A stretch of 64,000 nt of DNA from Candidatus Poribacteria bacterium (lineage in GTDB: Bacteria; Poribacteria; WGA-4E; UBA9662). The position numbers were made by a program, and so were the translations under genes. Where the stretch lies: NCBI GenBank assembly GCA_036339735.1, contig JAYZAL010000047.1:32001-96000 (forward strand), in the 5' to 3' direction. How positions within the stretch are numbered: the stretch's first letter is position 1; the number at the start of each line of letters is the position of its first letter. Positions 19,425 to 29,371 of the stretch are shown piece after piece. The notes beneath the pieces are model-generated. The model was given only the letters and a program-made list of their open reading frames with translations, made no database searches and was not told the DNA's origin.

Positions 19425-20444
19425 ATGACATATAAAGTTGGGCTTATTGGTTGTGGTGGACGCCAGAATGCACATCTAGAATCTTTTCGCGACAACCTTA
19501 ATTGCAAGGTTGTCGCGGTCGTTGATATCAATCCACAGATAGGACAAGCGTTCGCAGAAAAACACGATATACCAGAGTCATTTGTTTCTGTGAACGACAT
19601 GGTACGATCAAGTGAAGTGGATATTGTTACTGTTGTCACACGACCTAAATGGATTTATCAACCAGTGATGGAATCAATCCAGTGTGGAGTCAAAGGCATC
19701 CTGATGGAAAAACCTTTTGGTGTTAATATCGAAGACTCAAAGAAAATGCTAGAATCAGCAAAAAAAAACGATACAACTCTATTAGTCAATCATCAGTATC
19801 GGTTTTTCGATTTAGCCGAACAAATGAAAAATATTTTACAAAGTGGTGAATTCGGAACCGTTGAATATATGCGGGCAATTAGTGCTATCAAGCTACACGG
19901 TCAAGGAACACATATGATAGATTTTGCCCGTTTCCTGTATAACGATCGACCATTTTCGTGGGCCTTAGGCAATTTTGCAGGGTCGGAGTCATTCGATGCT
20001 AAACAGATAGGACCAGATTATGATACGGGAATTTTAGTCTTTGAAGATGGTGTGCCAATTTATGTTGAGGCTGGAAGGGGATCTTCTCAATCCCCTTATG
20101 TTGGCAATGGACTTAATTTATACGTGGATGCAGTCTGTACCAAAGGCCGTATTTGGTTCGGTTTGTCACACGGTTTGAGAATCTGGTATCCTGATGGACG
20201 TTATCAAGAAATAGAAGGTATTTGGCCAGCCATTAGTAAACCAGCACAGACTCGTTTGGTAGCTAGTTTGCTTGATACTATAGAAAACGGTACAGAAAAT
20301 CGTTGTCAAGCAAGTAAGGCCTATTCTACCCAAGAAGCACTATGTGGTTTATTAGAATCTGGTTTAACACACCAAAAAATCAACTTTCCACTCAACATCC
20401 CACCTGGGCTTATGGATCGGGTAAGAAATCGAATGAATGTATGA
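19425..20444 (+). CDS. Gfo/Idh/MocA family oxidoreductase
   Basis: KVGLIGCGG, EKP, NHQYRF, GTHMID. Confidence 0.88.
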   Translation: MTYKVGLIGCGGRQNAHLESFRDNLNCKVVAVVDINPQIGQAFAEKHDIPESFVSVNDMVRSSEVDIVTVVTRPKWIYQPVMESIQCGVKGILMEKPFGVNIEDSKKMLESAKKNDTTLLVNHQYRFFDLAEQMKNILQSGEFGTVEYMRAISAIKLHGQGTHMIDFARFLYNDRPFSWALGNFAGSESFDAKQIGPDYDTGILVFEDGVPIYVEAGRGSSQSPYVGNGLNLYVDAVCTKGRIWFGLSHGLRIWYPDGRYQEIEGIWPAISKPAQTRLVASLLDTIENGTENRCQASKAYSTQEALCGLLESGLTHQKINFPLNIPPGLMDRVRNRMNV

Positions 20445-20684
20445 CATTGAAACCCATCAGAAAAAAAACATCGACTTATATCAACATATTAAAGCGCAAC
20501 TGCACCAATGGGAATTTGCAGCGACTAATAAGCTAGCTTTCTATATTCAAACGATTGTGCTTAAAAACTAAGAGCTGGACGTTTTCTTGAGTTTGACAAC
20601 ACAGTATATAAGAGGCGATTAGTTCTAGAAACAAGTCCTGTCGGCGACTCTTTCGAAACCAAATTTGTAGTTTCTCTTTAGATA

Positions 20685-20712
20685 AGTTCTGTTACCTGTA
20701 GGCAACAGAACT
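20685..20712 (-). terminator. Hairpin immediately after the sulfatase stop codon
   Basis: Minus strand AGUUCUGUUGCC-UACA-GGUAACAGAACU; weak U-tail. Confidence 0.5.
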
Positions 20713-20718
20713 ATCAGT

Positions 20719-22095
20719 TTAGCCTCGATCTTTTAGATCGTACATAGCAATAATATAAGGGTGATCGGGATCGTAGTGGGTTAAGGTATCTGAGCTATCA
20801 ACACGACCCACAGAACGTGTATTTTCGCCTTTGGTACTAGTTAAATCATCACCTAGATCTTTACGGTAAATATCCATTTGGGCATTTAGATCAGCTACGA
20901 TATCTGGGTGTTGATCGTATAGATTAGTAGTTTCGCTAATATCAGCAACTAGATCATAAAGTTCGTTACATACTTCAATGCCAGATTTCCCTACCGTATG
21001 AGTGTGTAATTTCCAACGACCACTCCGAATTGCCATTAGATTGTGAAGGCGATAATAAAGGAAGGTTTCACGAGGAGTTATCGCACCTTCCTCATTTCTT
21101 ATTAGTGAACTTATGTTTTTTCCATCAATGATACGATCGGAAGGCATTTCACCGCCTGCTAGTTCGACCAGCGTTGGACAGAGGTCAATAGCAGAAACCA
21201 ACTGGTTACTTACGGAGCCGGGTGGAATCTGAGAAGGCCACCGCATGATACAAGGTACTCGCTGACCTCCTTCCCAAGTTGTTCCCTTTGTTCCACGAAG
21301 TGGTTTATTACTACCACCTTCACCTCTAGCTCGAGAACCATTATCACTGGTAAAAATGACCAAAGTATTTTCATCCAATCCTAATCGTTTTAGTTCATCA
21401 AGTAATACACCAACGCTCCAGTCAATTGCTTGAACAGCTGCGCCATAACGACCATTTTCCGATTCACGCATGAAACGATCAGGTGGGTAGATGGGTAAGT
21501 GAACGTACATATGTGCGAAATAAAGAAAGAACGGTGTGTCTTGGTTGGCCCGAATAAATCTAACTGATTCTTCAACATAACGTTCAGTGACAGAAGCTTG
21601 ATCAGGCTGTTCTTGAATCACATCTTCATCGAGTAATAAGGGAAGAGGTGGGTATTTGTCGTCCGGGGTTTGACGTCCCATATCGTTAGAATATGGAATG
21701 CCATAATAACTATCAAAACCATGCCGGGTCGGGAGAAATTCTTTCTGATCACCACAGTGCCATTTGCCAACGATCTTGGTCGCATAACCCACGTCTTTCA
21801 GTAGAGACGCCACCGTTTTTTCGGCTGGATTCAATCCTAGTGATTGGCCAGGGAAAAGGACCCACCGGCCGTCGAATTCAGCAAACCCAATACGAGGAGG
21901 ATAACAACCAGTTAGCATTGCACCTCGAGAAGGTGAGCACACAGGTGACCCCATGTAGAAATCGGTGAACTGGATTCCGTCTGCGGCCATCTGATCCAAG
22001 TATGGTGTTTGATTGATATCAGAGCCGTAGCAACCGAGATCACCGTAACCAAGATCATCACAGTTGATAAGTATGATATTAGGCTGATCGGACAT
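20719..22095 (-). CDS. Arylsulfatase A-like sulfatase (Cys type)
   Basis: PNIILINCDDLGYGDLGCYG, CSPSRGAMLTG, GKWH, FTSDNG, WEGGQRVP. Confidence 0.93.
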   Translation of the reverse strand: MSDQPNIILINCDDLGYGDLGCYGSDINQTPYLDQMAADGIQFTDFYMGSPVCSPSRGAMLTGCYPPRIGFAEFDGRWVLFPGQSLGLNPAEKTVASLLKDVGYATKIVGKWHCGDQKEFLPTRHGFDSYYGIPYSNDMGRQTPDDKYPPLPLLLDEDVIQEQPDQASVTERYVEESVRFIRANQDTPFFLYFAHMYVHLPIYPPDRFMRESENGRYGAAVQAIDWSVGVLLDELKRLGLDENTLVIFTSDNGSRARGEGGSNKPLRGTKGTTWEGGQRVPCIMRWPSQIPPGSVSNQLVSAIDLCPTLVELAGGEMPSDRIIDGKNISSLIRNEEGAITPRETFLYYRLHNLMAIRSGRWKLHTHTVGKSGIEVCNELYDLVADISETTNLYDQHPDIVADLNAQMDIYRKDLGDDLTSTKGENTRSVGRVDSSDTLTHYDPDHPYIIAMYDLKDRG

Positions 22096-22167
22096 TAAAA
22101 ACTCCCTTTATCTATAGTTAATAAAAAATCATCTGAAGCGATTATAGACAAAACCTATATGCCTTTA

Positions 22168-22200
22168 CCTGAATCATCAGGTTCCAGATTATGATTCAGG
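22168..22200. repeat. Perfect 10-bp inverted repeat upstream of the sulfatase
   Basis: CCTGAATCAT-N13-ATGATTCAGG. Confidence 0.7.
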
Positions 22201-22286
22201 CTTGCAGTAGAATTAAAACTAAGAATGTCCACTTCAGTGTTCGTCGATTTTTTTAGAAGTAGTACTTAATTTTTTGAATAAAGAGA

Positions 22287-23213
22287 CTACTTTTCTATTT
22301 TTTGTAGGTGCCAACCTGATTTTGTAATCTGAATCTCATTAATTCCCTGATATTGGTCAAAAGTCTGCTCCATCTCTCCAACATTTTCAAAAAATCCTAT
22401 CAAATTAACAACACCGAAGCTTTCGCCTGACTTTATTGGCCAGCCACCGATCTCTTGAATCATACACACATAACTTCGTTGATGGCACCAAGCTTCATAA
22501 ACGATTGATGGATCTAAGGTCATCCCAGCCAACCAGTATCCATTATTAAGCTGATAGGCACGAATAAACCGTTCAGGCGCACGGTCCTTGGTACGCTGGT
22601 ATAAATAACGAGTATCGGGGGCAAAATCTATCTCGAACTCCTTTGCTGCGATATAGCCGTGATAACTAAGGTATATTTGCTTAAAACTATCTCCTTTCTT
22701 GTGCTTAATATGGCTGGGCATATCCATCCTTAGTACAAGAGAATCCACAGAGTTAACACTGGTAACTTTATCGTAAGCAAAAAACCAGCCAACACCATTC
22801 GGAAACACGAGCCACTGTTCCCACAAAGAACCACTCCTATAAGGTAGTTGGGCTGAATCCCAATTGAACCACTGTTTCAGGGCTACAAAATCTTTCCCCT
22901 TAACTATTTCGAACGGTAGCTTTTTGGCTTTGGTACAAATTTGGGGTAGCTCAACATAACGTTTGGGCAGTTGTCCGTGTACTAGATCACCCCAACGATA
23001 ATTTGGCGGTGTTGAGGTGTCGGAATTATTGATACCTGGTTCAAGCAAGAAGTCAACGATGCACAAACCAAAACCGAGATCCTTAGCCCCAGTACGCTTA
23101 TCAACAAATGACTCAGCCCCTACACCAGTTACATAACCTTCTGTCAGTATCTTCGCCTGATAACGGTCTGTCTCAATTTCAACGGAACCTTCATTTTCGT
23201 TAATGGTTAGCAC
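22287..23213 (-). CDS. Hypothetical protein (beta-rich, Trp/Tyr-rich)
   Basis: 308-aa ORF with protein-like composition; no family recognised. Confidence 0.7.
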   Translation of the reverse strand: MLTINENEGSVEIETDRYQAKILTEGYVTGVGAESFVDKRTGAKDLGFGLCIVDFLLEPGINNSDTSTPPNYRWGDLVHGQLPKRYVELPQICTKAKKLPFEIVKGKDFVALKQWFNWDSAQLPYRSGSLWEQWLVFPNGVGWFFAYDKVTSVNSVDSLVLRMDMPSHIKHKKGDSFKQIYLSYHGYIAAKEFEIDFAPDTRYLYQRTKDRAPERFIRAYQLNNGYWLAGMTLDPSIVYEAWCHQRSYVCMIQEIGGWPIKSGESFGVVNLIGFFENVGEMEQTFDQYQGINEIQITKSGWHLQKIEK

Positions 23214-23229
23214 AGAGGTACCGATTCAC

Positions 23230-23892
23230 CTATATTTTACAGTAGGTCCACTTTACCATGCCAGAGTGCCCAATAGATCGGTAGGCTGCAACCAAATGGT
23301 AATAAGTCGACGATTGATAAGGATCCAAAGTCAACGCTTTTTCTAAATAAGTAATGCCCTGGTTAATTTGGTTATTACTAATGGCCTGTTGGCCCAACAA
23401 CTGATAAGCCTCAGTTAGATTGGCGTCTATTTTTGTGGCGTGCAACAGATTTGATTTTGCTTCTTTATCGTCTTGGTAGTATAAATTAACCTCACCCAAG
23501 ACCAAATAAGCTTTTGCTGTTTGTGATAGTAGCTTGACAGCCTCTAGCTCGTGTGATTTTGCCCTGTTGAAAACACCCTCTTTTTGGTAAATCATGGCCA
23601 GATATAAGTGCGCTGTACCGTAGGCATCCGTTGACGTTTCCAAAGTTAGGACCTTCTGATAGGCAGTAATAGAATTACTCAGCCGCTCCTGTAATCGATA
23701 TGCTGCACCTAGTTGGCAGTATGCGGCTGCATTCTCTGGTTCTTGTGACAAGATTTGTGAGAATTTCGTAATGGATTCGTCGTATAACCCCATTTTTAGG
23801 TAGTTCATCCCATCCTCAAATTGGGTCGAGCTGGCCACTATGTTTATGCTAAACCAGAATAAAAATGCCAGAACGAACTGCCTGATGTCCAT
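23230..23892 (-). CDS. Secreted TPR protein (possibly C-terminally truncated)
   Basis: Signal peptide and about five TPR units (e.g. AYCQLGAAYRLQ, AYQLLGQ, TYYHLVAAY). Confidence 0.75.
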   Translation of the reverse strand: MDIRQFVLAFLFWFSINIVASSTQFEDGMNYLKMGLYDESITKFSQILSQEPENAAAYCQLGAAYRLQERLSNSITAYQKVLTLETSTDAYGTAHLYLAMIYQKEGVFNRAKSHELEAVKLLSQTAKAYLVLGEVNLYYQDDKEAKSNLLHATKIDANLTEAYQLLGQQAISNNQINQGITYLEKALTLDPYQSSTYYHLVAAYRSIGHSGMVKWTYCKI

Positions 23893-23947
23893 TGGTTCAG
23901 TCTATCAAAGATTTTATGTGATGTAAATAAATTAGACTGATAATGCT

Positions 23948-24799
23948 TTAGAGAGTGGACAGGATCTTACGTAAATACTGAATATCTTCTTTGGCCCATT
24001 TTTCGAGGTTCGGCGGTGAAGTATCGGCATAGCCAACTTGACGAATAATAGTTTCATCAAACTGATACTCTGTGTGAACCGTCAGTGGACCATTGAAATT
24101 GGATTGATGTAAGTTTGCTAAACTATTTTTCCAATCCACAATACCAGATCCAACTTTGACAAAGTATGGACGGTAAATGGGGGAAAAGCTTTCTTCCCAT
24201 TGAGAATAACAGACATCTTTGATACCAACTACGGTCAGATAATTCCCCATCATTGATAAACCCATTGGCCAATCTTCCCCGTCGAGTTCTAAATGACCCA
24301 AATCTGGGTAAGCTCCCACTTCCTGCGGATCAAATCCTTTCAATAAGTACATCAATCCTGATATATTTGACCCAAGACAGGGTCCACTATGTGTCTGGTA
24401 ACAGGTCTGTACTTGGTAACGACGACTGAGAGCTGTAAACCCATCTAATGCTTTTCTGGCTCGATCGAAAAGTTGCCAATAATCATCGTTAGATTCAAAT
24501 TGCCAAAAACCGATTTTTAGTCGTGGAATGCCCGATTCAGCACAAGCAGCAAACAGACTTTCAGCTCGAGCATCTGGCTGATTAAGATCAGCTGGTGCTG
24601 TTGCTAGTGGGCAAATCAGTCCTTGCTCCTCCCAGATACGCGTAGCAGATGGAAGTTCAACGAGAGCATTATTAGGATCTATTGGATGATTAGGGCGTAA
24701 GCATATGTCCAAGCCATCATAACCTAAGTTCTTGGCGGTTTCACCCAAATCTTCTACTGATAAATGGTTGAAAAATTTTGAGTTAAGTACAATCTGCAT
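23948..24799 (-). CDS. Sugar phosphate isomerase/epimerase TIM barrel
   Basis: LGYDGLD, YQTHSG, DLGH, IKD, VGSGIVDW, TVHTEY. Confidence 0.82.
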   Translation of the reverse strand: MQIVLNSKFFNHLSVEDLGETAKNLGYDGLDICLRPNHPIDPNNALVELPSATRIWEEQGLICPLATAPADLNQPDARAESLFAACAESGIPRLKIGFWQFESNDDYWQLFDRARKALDGFTALSRRYQVQTCYQTHSGPCLGSNISGLMYLLKGFDPQEVGAYPDLGHLELDGEDWPMGLSMMGNYLTVVGIKDVCYSQWEESFSPIYRPYFVKVGSGIVDWKNSLANLHQSNFNGPLTVHTEYQFDETIIRQVGYADTSPPNLEKWAKEDIQYLRKILSTL

Positions 24800-24982
24800 T
24801 TAATTTCCTTGTAAGCACTTTCGGATATTAGCTGGTAATTGTCAATTTAATGTTCGGCAAGGCTCGGCCAGCAAAATTGTAGCAATTATAGTCAAGAATG
24901 CCACGACATCAAATTTAACTAGTTCCTTTCCTTAGTTTATGATAGGCTGGAAGTCCACAATTAGGTTTTGGTGTAAGATTTT

Positions 24983-27022
24983 ATGATTGGGTTATTGGTA
25001 TTTCTAGGTTATGTATGTATGCCTATAGCTCAATCTATGGACTCACAAATGATAGAAGATCGAGACATAAAACTGCGTGTTTTGAAAGAAGATCATAGTC
25101 AGGCACTTTGGAATTATTTGATTGATCAGTCGAACAAACTAGATAGAAAAAGAGCTCAACGTCTAGCCGAAGCTCTAAAGACAAAGGATGAGTTACAGAA
25201 ATATCTTCGAGACTTACAAGACCATTACCTTCAGTTACTAGGTCCTTTCCCTTCCAAAACGCCACTGAGACCTCAAGTCAAAGGGGAGTTGATCGGTGAT
25301 GGATTTCGAGTCCAAAAAGTATTATTTGAGAGTTGGCCCAACCACCATGTGTCAGCCTTAATTTATCTGCCAGATCTTGACCCGAAACAGCATGGTCCTT
25401 GGCCAGGAATCTTATTTGCTTGTGGGCACTCCAATAATGGAAAAGCTTATATATCCTATCAGAAAGCATGTGCTCTTTTAGCTCAAAATGGGTTTGTAGT
25501 CTTAAGTTATGATCCTATTTCACAAGGGGAAAGAATACAAATGCCTAATGCCTCTCGTCATGGTACAACTGCTCATACTTTGCTTAATATCGGAGCAAGA
25601 TTAGTTGGGCGAAGTGTCGTTTGGTATCAAGCTTGGGACGGGATAAGAGCTTTGGATTACCTAACGAACCGTTCTGAAGTTGATAAAAATAAATCCATTG
25701 GTATGACAGGAACTAGTGGCGGTGGCACCCAAACGACCTTTTTAATGGCCTTAGATAACAGGATTGGGCCAGCTGCTCCATCCTGTTACACTATGCAAAG
25801 GACGTCTAAATTTTGCGGACATAGCGGACCAGCTGACGGCTGCCAACACCTACCGTTTGAAGGTCAATATGGTATAGACCATATTGATTATACCTTGATG
25901 CGTGCACCAAAACCGACAGCAATACTTGCAGCGACAAAAGATTTCTTTGAGATTGATTCAACGCGAGAAACTATACAGGATGCTGTCGCTGTTTATCAGA
26001 AACTTGATCAAAAAGAACGATTCCACTTCTTTGAAGCAAATGCAAAGCATGGAATGGGGTTGGAACATCGAAAAGAAGTAGTTCGATGGTTTCGTCATTG
26101 GTTTTACAAAGATTCGAGTCAAGTATCTGAACCGATGAATCTATCAACATTTTCTGAAACAGAGGTACAGGTGACAAATACTGGACAGGTTTCAACTGAT
26201 TTTCCCCATCAGGTAAGCGTTGCTGATCTAAATTTGGAGGAAGCTAAGCGGCTAGCAGAATTTCGAACTACATTTTGGCAAAATCATTCACCGGAAGAAT
26301 GCCTTAACAAAATTAGGAATTTGATTGGTCTTCCATTCAAAATTGGAACTGTAGAAGCAAAATCGATCGACGTTATAAAACAGAAAAGTAAAACGATTGA
26401 AAAGCTAGTACTAAAAAGACCCGGAAATATCCTCATACCAGCCCTTCTATTTCGAAAGCTAACAAAACATGATCGAAAGGGCAAATCAGTCATTTACCTT
26501 CATCACCAAGGGAAACATGTAGAAGCGAATAAGGAGATAGAAGAACTTCTTGAAGGCGCCAGACTTGTTCTAGCTATTGATGTTCGTGGGATAGGCGAAA
26601 TTCGTGATAAAGGTAGTAACACCAAATATCACAGCCATGATCATCGGATTAACACGGTCTCTATGCATATTGGTCGTTCTTTGTTTGGCCAGCGGGTAGA
26701 AGATATACTAATAGCTATTAAATATTTGCGGTTGCAGATAATTGATGAAGAAATCAACTCAGACCCGAGCCGAATTCACTTGGTCGGGATAGAAACGATG
26801 ACACCATTAGTACTTCACGCTGCAGTCTTAGATGATGGTGTAAACACCGTAGAATTAAGACGCCCAGTAGTAAGTAGCTGGGTCAACGATGTGGTTGCTA
26901 AGCCACTACGAAAAGAGATGGCAGGCATGGTGGTACCAGGTGCTCTAAAAATGTATGATTTACCTGATTTAATGAATCTACTCGGAGATCGTCTAACTTC
27001 AACACTTCCTCATACCAATTAA
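24983..27022 (+). CDS. Secreted alpha/beta hydrolase, acetylxylan esterase-like (two hydrolase domains)
   Basis: CGHS, DPISQGER, WDGIRALDYL, nucleophile elbow GTSGGG; second domain DVRGIGE. Confidence 0.82.
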   Translation: MIGLLVFLGYVCMPIAQSMDSQMIEDRDIKLRVLKEDHSQALWNYLIDQSNKLDRKRAQRLAEALKTKDELQKYLRDLQDHYLQLLGPFPSKTPLRPQVKGELIGDGFRVQKVLFESWPNHHVSALIYLPDLDPKQHGPWPGILFACGHSNNGKAYISYQKACALLAQNGFVVLSYDPISQGERIQMPNASRHGTTAHTLLNIGARLVGRSVVWYQAWDGIRALDYLTNRSEVDKNKSIGMTGTSGGGTQTTFLMALDNRIGPAAPSCYTMQRTSKFCGHSGPADGCQHLPFEGQYGIDHIDYTLMRAPKPTAILAATKDFFEIDSTRETIQDAVAVYQKLDQKERFHFFEANAKHGMGLEHRKEVVRWFRHWFYKDSSQVSEPMNLSTFSETEVQVTNTGQVSTDFPHQVSVADLNLEEAKRLAEFRTTFWQNHSPEECLNKIRNLIGLPFKIGTVEAKSIDVIKQKSKTIEKLVLKRPGNILIPALLFRKLTKHDRKGKSVIYLHHQGKHVEANKEIEELLEGARLVLAIDVRGIGEIRDKGSNTKYHSHDHRINTVSMHIGRSLFGQRVEDILIAIKYLRLQIIDEEINSDPSRIHLVGIETMTPLVLHAAVLDDGVNTVELRRPVVSSWVNDVVAKPLRKEMAGMVVPGALKMYDLPDLMNLLGDRLTSTLPHTN

Positions 27023-27309
27023 TGCATAATGAACTGATGAGAACTACTAATTTATTGAATTTGGACTCCTTGGTAATACACCTTCGAGCGACTAGACCAA
27101 AATGGAAATTGTTATTCTGATTTGAGTTGTTTGGCCTGAATATTGTTTCAAAATCTGTTCAATTGGCAATGGCTTCTTAAATACAAAATAGCTTTATATT
27201 TACAGTGTCTTTTTCTCATTTTATCTACTAATAAATATTAGTAATGTTATTTCAACCATAGATTTTTAGCATGCTATTGGGTTATCTAATATATCGGATA
27301 GAACAGAGA

Positions 27310-27338
27310 TGGACAACTTTTGGGCACAATGATATAAT
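27310..27338 (+). promoter_or_regulatory. sigma70 promoter upstream of gatA
   Basis: TGGACA-N17-TATAAT with TG extension. Confidence 0.6.
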
Positions 27339-27416
27339 TCGGGGCGAATTATAACTTGCTTGATAGTTCGGCTAGCCAAACATCTAGTGGAAGTACCCTC
27401 TTGGAGAGACGATTTC

Positions 27417-28880
27417 ATGTCCTTGTGTTCACAAACTGCTCACCAATTACATACCCAACTTAAAAATCGCAATGTTACAGCGACTCAGATATTAGCTGAC
27501 GTCTACGATCGTATCAAGCAAGTGGAAGACCAAATCGGTGGTTATATTACGTTAGCAGAAGAGACGGCCTTTGAAGCCGCGGGCATAATTGATCAACGTT
27601 TGCAAAATGGAGAAGATCTGCCTAAGTTATCCGGTATCCCAGTTGCTATCAAGGATGTGATTTGCACTAAGGGAATTCGAACAACTTGTGCGTCCAAAAT
27701 TTTGGCTAACTTTATCCCTCCTTATGATGCAACAGTCATTAAAAAATTGAAAAAACAAGGTGCCGTTATAGTCGGAAAGACTAATATGGACGAATTTGCC
27801 ATGGGGTCATCGACAGAAAATTCTGCTTATCAACTAACACGTAACCCTTGGAATACCAGTACTACTCCCGGAGGATCAAGTGGAGGATCAGCTGCTGTTG
27901 TTTCCGCCGATACTGCTATTCTATCGCTGGGTTCTGATACAGGCGGTTCAATTCGTCAACCAGCATCCTTTTGTGGTAACGTTGGCCTAAAACCAACTTA
28001 TGGAAGAGTTTCCCGGTTCGGTTTAATTGCTTTTGCCTCTTCTTTGGATCAGATAGGTCCTTTCACAAAAGATGTTCGCGACTCAGCTATAGCCATGAAC
28101 GCGATTTGTGGGTATGATCCGATGGATTCGACTTCTGCAAAATTCGATGTCCCTAACTTTGAGGACAGTTTAATAAATGATATTGAAGGTCTAAAAATTG
28201 GTTTGCCAGATGAATACTTCTTGGATGGTATTAGCCAAGAAGTAGAAACGTCTGTACGAGAAGCCATCTCACAATTGGAAAACTTGGGCGCAACCATTCA
28301 CCGAATCTCAATGCCGCATACAGAATATGCGATTGCCACATACTACATTATTGCACCTGCCGAAGCCAGTGCTAATTTAGCTCGCTATGATGGAGTTCGT
28401 TTTGGTTATAGAGCGGCAGAAACCAACAACTTAGAGAGTATGTATAAGTTGTCTCGGAGCCAAGGTTTTGGGCCAGAAGTCAAAAGAAGAATTCTTTTGG
28501 GTACTTACTCGCTCAGTTCTGGTTACTATGACGCTTATTACCTAAAAGCCCAGAAAGTTCGAACACTGATCAAGAAAGACTTTGACGAAGCTTTCGAGAC
28601 CGTGGATGTGATTGTTACACCGACTTCGCCTACTGCGGCATTTGAATTTGGCGCACGAACCGACGATCCCTTACAGATGTACTTGTCTGATATTTTTACA
28701 GCGCCTTCAAGTCTAGCTGGTATTCCTGGAATTTCGGTACCTTGTGGTGTTACCAAAGATCGTCTGCCGATCGGCTTGCAATTTTTGGCTCCGCCTTTCG
28801 GTGAGGAAACACTGCTCAGAGTAGCATATACATTCGAGCAGAACACCGACCACCACAGACAAAAGCCAAAACTTAATTAA
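27417..28880 (+). CDS. gatA: Asp-tRNA(Asn)/Glu-tRNA(Gln) amidotransferase subunit A
   Basis: [61 protein letters not shown]. Confidence 0.96.
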   Translation: MSLCSQTAHQLHTQLKNRNVTATQILADVYDRIKQVEDQIGGYITLAEETAFEAAGIIDQRLQNGEDLPKLSGIPVAIKDVICTKGIRTTCASKILANFIPPYDATVIKKLKKQGAVIVGKTNMDEFAMGSSTENSAYQLTRNPWNTSTTPGGSSGGSAAVVSADTAILSLGSDTGGSIRQPASFCGNVGLKPTYGRVSRFGLIAFASSLDQIGPFTKDVRDSAIAMNAICGYDPMDSTSAKFDVPNFEDSLINDIEGLKIGLPDEYFLDGISQEVETSVREAISQLENLGATIHRISMPHTEYAIATYYIIAPAEASANLARYDGVRFGYRAAETNNLESMYKLSRSQGFGPEVKRRILLGTYSLSSGYYDAYYLKAQKVRTLIKKDFDEAFETVDVIVTPTSPTAAFEFGARTDDPLQMYLSDIFTAPSSLAGIPGISVPCGVTKDRLPIGLQFLAPPFGEETLLRVAYTFEQNTDHHRQKPKLN

Positions 28881-28882
28881 CC

Positions 28883-29371
28883 TTGACTGTTGAGCATTCT
28901 AACACCGCTTCTACGACACGATGGTTACCTGCTGTTGCAGCTAGTCTGATCGGAGCGGTTTTCGGCGGTTTAGCATGGGCTTATGTGGTTAATGCAATTG
29001 GATTTGTTTATGGGTTTTTGAGTATCCCGATTGGCTTTCTCGTCGGCTTTTGTTTGTTATTCTTGGGAAAATCTCCCCCGATTTCCCTAAGGCAAAAAGT
29101 ACTATACTACGCAATTGGACCAGTCAGTACACTAGTTGGTATTGCAACAGGCAAAATACTAGATATTAAATGGCGGGTGATGACAGAATTGGCTGATAAT
29201 TCATCGGTTACTTTCGACTTTTGGTTAGCTGTAAAACAATCAATATTGCCTCACGATTTGTTTTTCTTTTTGGCGGCCTGTTACTTTTCCTATCGGATCC
29301 CCTCTAGCCGCATATGGCAAAGCCTCGTGCAAAAAAAGGAATTTAGTTCGAATGATATTAACACCCTCTAA
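28883..29371 (+). CDS. Hypothetical membrane protein (about 4 TM)
   Basis: Gly-rich hydrophobic helices; tightly packed between gatA and the protease gene. Confidence 0.7.
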   Translation: MTVEHSNTASTTRWLPAVAASLIGAVFGGLAWAYVVNAIGFVYGFLSIPIGFLVGFCLLFLGKSPPISLRQKVLYYAIGPVSTLVGIATGKILDIKWRVMTELADNSSVTFDFWLAVKQSILPHDLFFFLAACYFSYRIPSSRIWQSLVQKKEFSSNDINTL

